Positions 1-7,628 of a stretch of 64,000 nucleotides of DNA are shown piece by piece. Position 1 is the first letter of the stretch, and every line of letters begins with the position of its first letter. The notes below the pieces were generated by a model that made no database searches, had not been told where the DNA came from, and saw only the letters and a program-made list of their open reading frames with translations. This DNA comes from an uncultured Acidimicrobiales bacterium (GTDB lineage: Bacteria > Actinomycetota > Acidimicrobiia > Acidimicrobiales > SZUA-35): NCBI GenBank assembly GCA_938002965.1, contig CALKZY010000015.1, positions 17,633-81,632 on the forward strand. Reading direction: 5' to 3'. The position numbers and the translations under genes are program-made.

Positions 1-1142
1 TCGCCGGTTAGGTCGATACGTACGGGCTTGGGGACGTCGTGATACCAGTCGGCTATTTGGTCCCAGGCGTCGTCGAGGATAAGGATGTAGTCGTTGCAGG
101 CGGCGATCAGCAGATGGACATCGCAGCGCGGGTCGATGTTGGGGTGATTGGGATGTATGGGGAAGGCTTCACGTCCGACCCTGGCACCGATGTCCCATTC
201 GCACTGGCAGCTGGCCCCATAGACTTGCCATTCATCATGGCTCGCCATGGCGATGGGGTCATCTTTGGCTAGGTCGAGAAAGCCGGTCATCTCAAGCTGG
301 TCGACTCGGTTCATCATCCGACGTAGGTATGAGTCGTCCCGTTCGTTGTTGGGACTGGCGAGCTTGATGCGAAAGACTGCGTCAGCCAGGTCGGTCTCGG
401 CTTGCGAATCTGGCAGTAGCCATAGTCCACCAAAGCGGACTTGGAAGTTCTCCAGCTCGCACAAGAAGCGGGTGAAGTGGACGAAGGCAAAGGTAACGTA
501 TCCGGCGGCTTGGAGTTCTTGGCTGTAGCCAGTGTCGTCGGGATCGCTGGGGTCGGGTTCTCGATCCCAGATCCGTTCTGGGTCAAGCAGGGTTGAGCGA
601 GCGGCTGTTAGGTCGTTGCCGACCCCAGAGACTGGTGTCCACATCGAATACATGGCTTCAAAGCGGGTCAGCCACTCAACGGCCAGGCGTGACCCGACAG
701 GCGTACGAACTTCTTGACGCAAGCGCCCAAGGTGTAGACGGTGGCGATGAATAAGGCCGAGGATGATCTGGGCGGTGGCGCTGAAGATTCGAGGCTCGTA
801 GGTCTTGCGTAGGTAGTCGGCGGAAACACTCAGATTTGCGGCGGCGGCCTTGCGCAGATCAGGTGGCGGGGCTGAGCGTCCACCTTCGTCGAGGCCGAAA
901 AGGATGGCTGCAGCATCACCAAGGTCACCACCAATGGTGCTGACAGCCTCTCTCAGCAGTTGCTCGATTACGTATGGACCAACGTCGACTGTGAGATCGT
1001 CGAGACGTCCGGCAGTACGGGCGGCCTGGTCTAGGGCTGGGGTGTCAAGATCGCCGAGATTGAGCAGCCCTCGACGGCGGACCAGCTTCAGGTCATCGAC
1101 GAGTTCCTGTTGATCTGGTGGCTGGAGATCAAGCGGGTTCAC
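1..1142 (-). CDS. Hypothetical protein, >=380 aa, runs off the left edge (absent from ORF track)
   Basis: Manual translation from GTG at 1142 (MNPLDLQPPDQQELVDDLKLVRRRG...CQCEW...PRCDVHLLIAACNDY...IADWYHDVPKP) has no stop before base 1; in-frame TAA just upstream of the GTG. Confidence 0.8.
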   Translation of the reverse strand, partial: MNPLDLQPPDQQELVDDLKLVRRRGLLNLGDLDTPALDQAARTAGRLDDLTVDVGPYVIEQLLREAVSTIGGDLGDAAAILFGLDEGGRSAPPPDLRKAAAANLSVSADYLRKTYEPRIFSATAQIILGLIHRHRLHLGRLRQEVRTPVGSRLAVEWLTRFEAMYSMWTPVSGVGNDLTAARSTLLDPERIWDREPDPSDPDDTGYSQELQAAGYVTFAFVHFTRFLCELENFQVRFGGLWLLPDSQAETDLADAVFRIKLASPNNERDDSYLRRMMNRVDQLEMTGFLDLAKDDPIAMASHDEWQVYGASCQCEWDIGARVGREAFPIHPNHPNIDPRCDVHLLIAACNDYILILDDAWDQIADWYHDVPKPVRIDLTG

Positions 1143-1336
1143 GGCTCTTGAGAGTAGCCGAGGGCGGATGTGCCCGAGTTAGCTGTCGTGTTTGTCTCGC
1201 TCATGGCTCCCAGCTCTTGTTGTCGTGGAGGTCGACAGCTTCCCCAGAAGTCAACCAGTTACCCCACCCAGAAACCCCTCCAACCCAAGCACCCATGCTG
1301 ATGACCATTCAATCCCTGACTTGAAAGGTCAACCAG

Positions 1337-1669
1337 ATGAACATCAATCGTTCAGTACAACTAGAGCCCCGGTCAGCACCGCTCGGCGCTCGTGTATCGC
1401 CAGACGTGGTGAGTCGGCCAGGAGTGCGAGCAATGCAGCGGGAGGTGGATGAAGCCCTGGTCGCAGCTGCTCGGGTGGAAGGTACGGCCTATCTGACGCA
1501 TGTGGCGCTGACTCATGTTGGGCAGCTTTCGGCCCTTGAAGCTCAGATCAGCATGGCGGCGCCTGCGGCTGACCCGATTCAGAAGGAGTTGGTGGCCCGA
1601 AGAGCGGCGATGCTGGTCGACAACTTCGCTATCACCGCTGCCTCTGAGATTGCTCGGCGGGGTGTGTGA
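1337..1669 (+). CDS. Hypothetical protein, first gene of the element's rightward operon
   Basis: GAAAGG RBS; stop overlaps next start (GTGA). Confidence 0.7.
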   Translation: MNINRSVQLEPRSAPLGARVSPDVVSRPGVRAMQREVDEALVAAARVEGTAYLTHVALTHVGQLSALEAQISMAAPAADPIQKELVARRAAMLVDNFAITAASEIARRGV

Positions 1670-1926
1670 TGGGGTGGCTGGTTGTCTTACTTATCCTCGT
1701 CGTTGGCCTAGCTGGGTTGGGTTTCGGCCTGTGGCTGGGTTGTCTGTGGCGTGATTGGCACGACGCTCAGTACGGCCGGGCGCTGAGTATCACCAGGGCC
1801 GTGATGGCCGAGCAGGCCCAAGTGCTGGCCGCCGCTCATCAATTGAACCAGAGGGCCTTCGCGGCCCGGTCCGTAATCAGCACTGATCTGCGGCGGGCTC
1901 AGTCTGGGGGTGGCCTCGATGTCTGA
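1666..1926 (+). CDS. Small membrane protein (one N-terminal TM helix)
   Basis: Hydrophobic WLVVLLILVVGLAGLGFGLWLG; coupled to neighbours. Confidence 0.65.
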   Translation: MMGWLVVLLILVVGLAGLGFGLWLGCLWRDWHDAQYGRALSITRAVMAEQAQVLAAAHQLNQRAFAARSVISTDLRRAQSGGGLDV

Positions 1927-2281
1927 TTCGAACGACAACGGGTTGACGGTGCGCATCATCTCCGACTGGGAATGGACGGAGTATGACCCCGGCCCCATCC
2001 TCGATGAGGACGATCTCGGTCTGCTGCCGACCCACGCTTGGCATCGGTTGACTGAGAAGCTGGTCGATGGCCAGTGGGTACGGGTGACACATTGGCACTT
2101 TGGGCTGGAGCCACCGGATCAGCTGGATGACCACCGGCAGGATTGGGCCTGGGATACTCCAGAGCTGTTCCAGGTCGATGATGACCAGCCGATTCTGCGC
2201 CTGGTCGACGGCGAGGCGTGGGGTGATGGGACCGATGAAACCGATCAAGCCGACAGTGGTGAGTCAGAGGAGCGGTCATGA
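1910..2281 (+). CDS. Acidic, Trp-rich hypothetical protein (start may be ATG 1919)
   Basis: ORF track; ATGA overlap with next gene. Confidence 0.65.
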   Translation: MASMSDSNDNGLTVRIISDWEWTEYDPGPILDEDDLGLLPTHAWHRLTEKLVDGQWVRVTHWHFGLEPPDQLDDHRQDWAWDTPELFQVDDDQPILRLVDGEAWGDGTDETDQADSGESEERS

Positions 2282-2679
2282 CGGCGTCGTCTGACTCCCT
2301 TGGCGCTATCTCGCCCTCAAGGCATATTCATCATCTGAAATTGATCGTCCCTGTCCTTGATCGCCATGGCCATCGCGTTGGTCGGCAGGTGCGATCGGCT
2401 GTCGTCGCCAAGATCAAAGAGTCGCTATCGGACTGGGCCGGTGGCTTCACAGCATCAGTTGGCTATGGCGGATGGGTGACACCGGATGGCCAGTTGATGG
2501 AAGAGCCTGTGACCTTGATCGAGGCTTATGGGGCCAGGGCTATGCCGCTCGGGGTGCTAGGCGGCATGGTCGAGCTGATCATGACCGAGCTTGATCAGGA
2601 GGTGGTGGCTGTTGTGTTTGACGGTGCGCTGCTGCTCTATGGCCGTGAATTCGTCGACGATGGCGAGGTGGCTTCATGA
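2278..2679 (+). CDS. Hypothetical protein, DUF3574/SAM-lyase-like ferredoxin-fold pattern
   Basis: GGFT..GYGGW....G..EEPV..IE.....ELDQEVV; GAGGAG RBS; ATGA overlaps at both ends. Confidence 0.6.
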   Translation: MTASSDSLGAISPSRHIHHLKLIVPVLDRHGHRVGRQVRSAVVAKIKESLSDWAGGFTASVGYGGWVTPDGQLMEEPVTLIEAYGARAMPLGVLGGMVELIMTELDQEVVAVVFDGALLLYGREFVDDGEVAS

Positions 2680-2861
2680 GGAGTGGCTTTGAGACACTGG
2701 TCATCTGGGCACTGTTGTTCGTCGTCTTCGGCCCAATGGTGGCCGCGATGTTGACCGACTCGGTTGATCAGATCGTTAGCACGCTGGCACCCTATGTCGG
2801 TCTGGCTGGCGTAGTGGTGTTAGTGGTGCTTGCGCTGCGCATGGTGTTTCGGCGCTACTGA
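2676..2861 (+). CDS. Small two-TM membrane protein
   Basis: Two hydrophobic segments; GAGGTG RBS; ATGA overlap. Confidence 0.6.
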   Translation: MRSGFETLVIWALLFVVFGPMVAAMLTDSVDQIVSTLAPYVGLAGVVVLVVLALRMVFRRY

Positions 2862-3148
2862 AGTAGTTGGGCGCCAAAGGCAACGGCCATGACCAGGTTC
2901 AGCTTCAGTGTTGTCAATCGGTCAACGTCTCGGACGCAGCCGACATTTTCTTTACTGAATTGGCGGTCAGCCAGCTCGGAGTGACTCGTGTTCCGGTCGC
3001 TGTGCCGACCGCTGGAGATCGGCGAAATACCCCAGCTGATCGTTGGGTAGTAGGACTAGACGAAGCGGCCAATGAGAATACCGGCCGCGGCTCGGATCTC
3101 TGCCTTCGTCACTTCATCAAGTCACAAGAAGAAGAGAGGAGGTACTAC

Positions 3149-3370
3149 ATGAGCAAACAACAGCGGATCTCTATTCGCCCGGTTGAGAAGGATGAGCCGG
3201 ATCTACGACGATTAGCAAGAGCCATCATCGACCTGGTCATTGAGGAGCAGTCGTCGGGGCAACAGGCCAATGAGCGAGAGCCCGCCCAGCAGGCCTCACC
3301 CGCCGACGGTGAGTCGACGTCAAGCCGCAGCCGCGACAGCAGCGAAGGTGACCGGCGGAGGGCAGCATGA
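3149..3370 (+). CDS. Small hypothetical protein (MSKQQRISIRPVEKDEPDLRRLARAIIDL...), 73 aa
   Basis: Strong AGGAGG RBS before ATG 3149; stop overlaps the VirD4-like start. Confidence 0.7.
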   Translation: MSKQQRISIRPVEKDEPDLRRLARAIIDLVIEEQSSGQQANEREPAQQASPADGESTSSRSRDSSEGDRRRAA

Positions 3371-5841
3371 GCCTGATTGACCGGTTGCTGCCAACTCGGC
3401 CAGCGGGGGACCTGGACTGGCTGCAGTTGTCTTTTGGTCGCCAACTCGATCACAGCCAGGCCTATCACTTGGTCGGCTCGCTCTTGGCCAGCAATCATTT
3501 GCGTCGCATCGTGTTCGAGGTGGAGTGCGGCGGCAACCGCGATGATGGCGGAGACCAGTTGACCTACCGCATCGGTAGCACGGACGGCCCGGCCGTCATG
3601 GCCCTGGCAGCCCAAGCGCCTATCGATCTGACGCTGCAGCGCGTCAGTCGGGAGCGACCCGATGTGAGGACCGCTCTACGGGTCACGGCTCAGCCCTGGG
3701 ATCGAATGCTGGTCACTAATCAGCCAGAAGTGACTACGGCCCGCTTGCTGGGGGCTCTAGCCTTAGCGGCCACCACTATCGGGAATGGGAACGAACAGCT
3801 CATTCACCAGATCGTGGTCGGGAGGCGGGTAGCACCTAGGGCACCGTCGAAACAGGTCAACGAGATTCAAGGCTCGTCTGCCTTAGAACGAGCCATTAGA
3901 GCCGTGACGACCGGGCCGACACCACTACCAGCCGAGCGCTTAAAGGCCCGAGCGCAGAAGCAATCAGTTGTCGGTGCGCAGGTTACGTGGCGCATCCTCA
4001 GCTCGCGCCGTACAGATCACTGGAAGGGTCGCTCAACGACCCGGCCAGGTACATCGAGTCGGGCGCTGCGGGCCTACTCGGCCGTCGTGCGCAGTCTAGA
4101 ATCTCCAGGCCTGAGGCTGCGCTTGCGGCGTGAGCACCCTGGACGGGCAATCGAGGCTCGTCCAGCGTGGAACGCGAACACCATGACCCTAAACGCAGCG
4201 GAGCTGACGGCTATCACGGCCTGGCCCTTTGGTAGCCACAGCTACGCCGGACTTGATCGACGTGGGGCAACGAAGTTGCCAGTGCCGAGTACTGGAGGGG
4301 TGAAGTCTGGCCGAGGTGATGATCGGGTGCCAGCTCGACGGGTCATTGCGACCTCGGATCATCCAGCGACTGTGGAGCAGCCGATCGTCGTACCGCCTGA
4401 AGCTGGCTTGCATCACCTGCACGTCCTCGGTCCGACTGGTGTTGGTAAGAGCACACTGCTGCTCAATCTGATCCTGTCCGACATAGCAGCTGGACGTGGA
4501 GTAGTCGTACTCGATCCCAAGGGTGATCTGGTTGATGACGTGCTGGCTTCCGCTCCCCCATCGGAGCTGGAGCGCATTGTCGTACTCGACCCAGCCCGGA
4601 CTGATCATCTGGTGGGGTTCAATCCGCTTAGATCTACGACAGGAGCGAGAGTCGGTGGCGACAGGGCAGGCCGAAGCACTAACCATGACCTGGCTGTCGA
4701 TGGCCTGCTGCATATCTTTACCCAGCTCTATGGCAGCAACTTCGGACCTCGGAGTTCCGACATTGTCCACTCGGCGCTGCTGAGTCTGGCAGCCTCTGAC
4801 TATCCGACACTGTGTCTACTGCCGCAGCTGCTGATCGATGCTCGGCTACGTCGGGTGCTGCTGCGAGGTAACCCAGCTGTCGAGAGTAATGCCGCACTGA
4901 AGATGTTCTGGGCCTGGTACGAGGGCATGAGTGAAGGTGAGCGCAGCGCTGCCATCGCGCCGGTGCAGAACAAGCTGCGACCGGTGGTCATGCGCAACTC
5001 ACTGCGGGGCATGCTCGGCCAGACTGAACCGAAGTTTGACCTGCGTCAGGTCTCTACTGAGCGCAAGGTCCTGCTGGTACCGCTACGCAAAGGACAGATC
5101 GGACCTCAAGCCTCTCAGCTGCTCGGCTCCATGATCGTCGCCAACCTGTGGCAGCACGCCCTCGGCCGTACGGCCATTGCCAAGGAGCGGAGACATCCGG
5201 TCTTCGTCTACCTCGATGAGTTCCAGGACTACCTGCACCTTCCCACTGACATGGGCGATGTCTTGGCCCAAGCTCGGGCACTTGGTTTGGGCTTGGTACT
5301 GGCTCACCAGCATCTTGGCCAGCTTGAGCCTCGCATGCGATCTGCCATGCTGGCCAATGCCAGGAACAAGGTTGTCTTCGGCCTCAGCGCACCCGATGCC
5401 AAGGTCTTTGCGGCTGAAGCATCCGGGCTAAACCGACTCGACCCAGTCGACTTCCAGGAACTCAGTCAATTCCAGATCTATGCCCTGACTATCCCGGTAA
5501 CCAGGGCCACGTCTGATGGGCAACACCAACCATGGCAGCAGGGAACCAACTGCTGGACATCCGGCCAAACAATGCCACCACCAACCGTCCATCGCAGCAC
5601 TAAGCGGTTGGCCGCCCAGCTGGCCAAGCGCTACGGCCGACGACCGGTCGACATTGACGTCGAGCTACTACGACCGATCACTGATCGGCCTATTGAGAAG
5701 GAGAAGGGCAGAAACCAAGGACACGACCAGATCGTTGGGCGACGTAGCCGAACCTCACGCCAATCCCCTCCCTCTCCTGAAACCAACTCGACACGTACCC
5801 CATCCGAACCACCAACTAACCAAGCAAAGGAGGACAGATGA
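3367..5841 (+). CDS. VirD4/TraD-like type IV coupling protein (conjugative DNA-transfer ATPase)
   Basis: Walker A GPTGVGKST, VLDPKGD, Walker B VYLDEFQ, QARALGLGLVLAHQ. Confidence 0.9.
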   Translation: MSLIDRLLPTRPAGDLDWLQLSFGRQLDHSQAYHLVGSLLASNHLRRIVFEVECGGNRDDGGDQLTYRIGSTDGPAVMALAAQAPIDLTLQRVSRERPDVRTALRVTAQPWDRMLVTNQPEVTTARLLGALALAATTIGNGNEQLIHQIVVGRRVAPRAPSKQVNEIQGSSALERAIRAVTTGPTPLPAERLKARAQKQSVVGAQVTWRILSSRRTDHWKGRSTTRPGTSSRALRAYSAVVRSLESPGLRLRLRREHPGRAIEARPAWNANTMTLNAAELTAITAWPFGSHSYAGLDRRGATKLPVPSTGGVKSGRGDDRVPARRVIATSDHPATVEQPIVVPPEAGLHHLHVLGPTGVGKSTLLLNLILSDIAAGRGVVVLDPKGDLVDDVLASAPPSELERIVVLDPARTDHLVGFNPLRSTTGARVGGDRAGRSTNHDLAVDGLLHIFTQLYGSNFGPRSSDIVHSALLSLAASDYPTLCLLPQLLIDARLRRVLLRGNPAVESNAALKMFWAWYEGMSEGERSAAIAPVQNKLRPVVMRNSLRGMLGQTEPKFDLRQVSTERKVLLVPLRKGQIGPQASQLLGSMIVANLWQHALGRTAIAKERRHPVFVYLDEFQDYLHLPTDMGDVLAQARALGLGLVLAHQHLGQLEPRMRSAMLANARNKVVFGLSAPDAKVFAAEASGLNRLDPVDFQELSQFQIYALTIPVTRATSDGQHQPWQQGTNCWTSGQTMPPPTVHRSTKRLAAQLAKRYGRRPVDIDVELLRPITDRPIEKEKGRNQGHDQIVGRRSRTSRQSPPSPETNSTRTPSEPPTNQAKEDR

Positions 5842-6815
5842 ACCAACCACAAAACCACGACCCTGTACCGATCGACCAGCCGATCGCGTCGAGCAGCCAG
5901 AGCCAGACTCCAGCTCCAACTGCCGGATCTGGCCGATTAACGAGGCCGACATCTTTGACCCGTACAAAGATCACTACTACTTCTCCTACAAGCCAGGAGC
6001 CACCCCCTCGGTTGAAGCCCAAACGACGCATCAGTCAGGCCCGCTTGTACGAGATCCGTCAACAGCTTGGCACCCGTGACCTGGCCGTCCTCGAATCGCT
6101 ACGTACCTGGAAGCTGCTAAAGATCGAGCATCTGCGCCGATTGCACTTCGTCCAGCACGCCACCAAAGACACAGCCCTACGAGTTGCTCGCCGGGTCCTC
6201 AGCCGACTCGAAGACACCGGGCTGATCCGCCGACTAGAACGAAAGATCGGCGGAGTTCGAGCCGGATCGTCAGGCTCCATCTTCTGCCTCAGCCCACTCG
6301 GTCACCGACTCCTTGGAGGTCAGACCAAGTACTGGCGCGAACCATCAAAGATGTATGGCGACCACACCTTGGCCATCGCCGAGCTGGGCAGCCTCGCCAT
6401 CGATGCTGCCCGCACAGCCCAAGTCGATCTAGCAGAGATCTCAACCGAACCGAACGTCTGGCGGGCATACAGCTCGCCAACCGGCACCAAGACCCTCAAG
6501 CCCGATCTACTCATCAGGCTCGCAGGGCCAAAATTCGAAGCCAGCTGGTTCATCGAGGTCGACCTCGGTACCGAGTCAACACCCACACTGCGCAAACGCT
6601 GTCAGATCTACCTCGACCACTACCAGTCAGATGAGGAACAAGATCAACACGGCTACTACCCATCCGTGCTCTGGGTCATGCACAGCGAGGACCGCAAAGA
6701 CGCGCTGACCGAAACCATCGAACGCCTGCACCACACCCACTCGACACCGCCCAACCTCTTCCACGTCACCACCAACAACCACGCCATCGACCGGATCATC
6801 GACAGCGTGCGCTGA
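5838..6815 (+). CDS. Replication-relaxation (Replic_Relax, MOB_L-like) family protein
   Basis: wHTH-like HLRRLHF...RVLSRL; HTLAIAE; KPD...WFIEVDLGTES (PD-(D/E)xK-like); AAGGAGG RBS. Confidence 0.85.
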   Translation: MNQPQNHDPVPIDQPIASSSQSQTPAPTAGSGRLTRPTSLTRTKITTTSPTSQEPPPRLKPKRRISQARLYEIRQQLGTRDLAVLESLRTWKLLKIEHLRRLHFVQHATKDTALRVARRVLSRLEDTGLIRRLERKIGGVRAGSSGSIFCLSPLGHRLLGGQTKYWREPSKMYGDHTLAIAELGSLAIDAARTAQVDLAEISTEPNVWRAYSSPTGTKTLKPDLLIRLAGPKFEASWFIEVDLGTESTPTLRKRCQIYLDHYQSDEEQDQHGYYPSVLWVMHSEDRKDALTETIERLHHTHSTPPNLFHVTTNNHAIDRIIDSVR

Positions 6816-6861
6816 CGATCACTACACAAGCACATTCAACGTAAACAAGGAACCCCTACCC

Positions 6862-7473
6862 ATGAAAGGCAGACACAACCAACCACAGACCACCCGCCAC
6901 CCCGAGCCACGGTTCGAGCTACCCGACCCTGACGAGCCAGCGATCTACGCTGCCAGCCTCAGCGACTACAACGCCGGGCAACTTCACGGCCGCTGGATCA
7001 GCGCCAACCAAGACGCCGACGACATGCAAGACCAAGTCGACGAGATGCTGGCCACCTCCAACCTGATTGGCCGAGAAGCCGTCGAAGAATGGGCCATCCA
7101 CGACTACCAAGGCTTCGGCGCCCTGGCCATCAACGAATACGAACGATTGCAAACCATCGCCACCCTCGGCCACGGCATCGTCGAACACGGACTGGTCTTT
7201 GCTGACTGGGCCAACATCACCGGCCGAGACAATGTCGAACACCACGACTTCAATGACCACTACCGCGGCCACTGGCCCAACCTGGAGGCCTACGCCGAAG
7301 AGCTACTCAACGATTTTGGGGCCAACCTCGACCAACTGCTGAAGGACGAGCACTCCTGGCTCCGACCCTATGTCAAACTCGATCTTCTGGCCTTAGCCCG
7401 AGATCTCGCCCACGACCTCGAAACCGCAGAAGCTGAGGACGGCGGCCTCCACATCTTCGACCCACCCGACTAA
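6862..7473 (+). CDS. ardA: Antirestriction protein ArdA
   Basis: IYAASLSDYNAGQLHGRWI, EEWAIHDYQGF, acidic C-terminus with YVKLD..ALARDL. Confidence 0.9.
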   Translation: MKGRHNQPQTTRHPEPRFELPDPDEPAIYAASLSDYNAGQLHGRWISANQDADDMQDQVDEMLATSNLIGREAVEEWAIHDYQGFGALAINEYERLQTIATLGHGIVEHGLVFADWANITGRDNVEHHDFNDHYRGHWPNLEAYAEELLNDFGANLDQLLKDEHSWLRPYVKLDLLALARDLAHDLETAEAEDGGLHIFDPPD

Positions 7474-7628
7474 CGCAGACAACCGATCACACACCGACAC
7501 GGCACCGACACCACCCCAAGCCGCAAACTCACGAACGTTGTCAATTCCGCGCTTTTACCCTCACCCGTGTTTGCGTAGCATAAACATAGCATTTGTCATA
7601 GGCAAAGTAGTCTCGAAAGGAGGCCCCA

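Noticed and set aside
2867-3148. N-terminal extension of the 167-aa ORF 2867-3370
   Set aside because: A strong RBS precedes ATG 3149; the upstream part looks like structured non-coding DNA.
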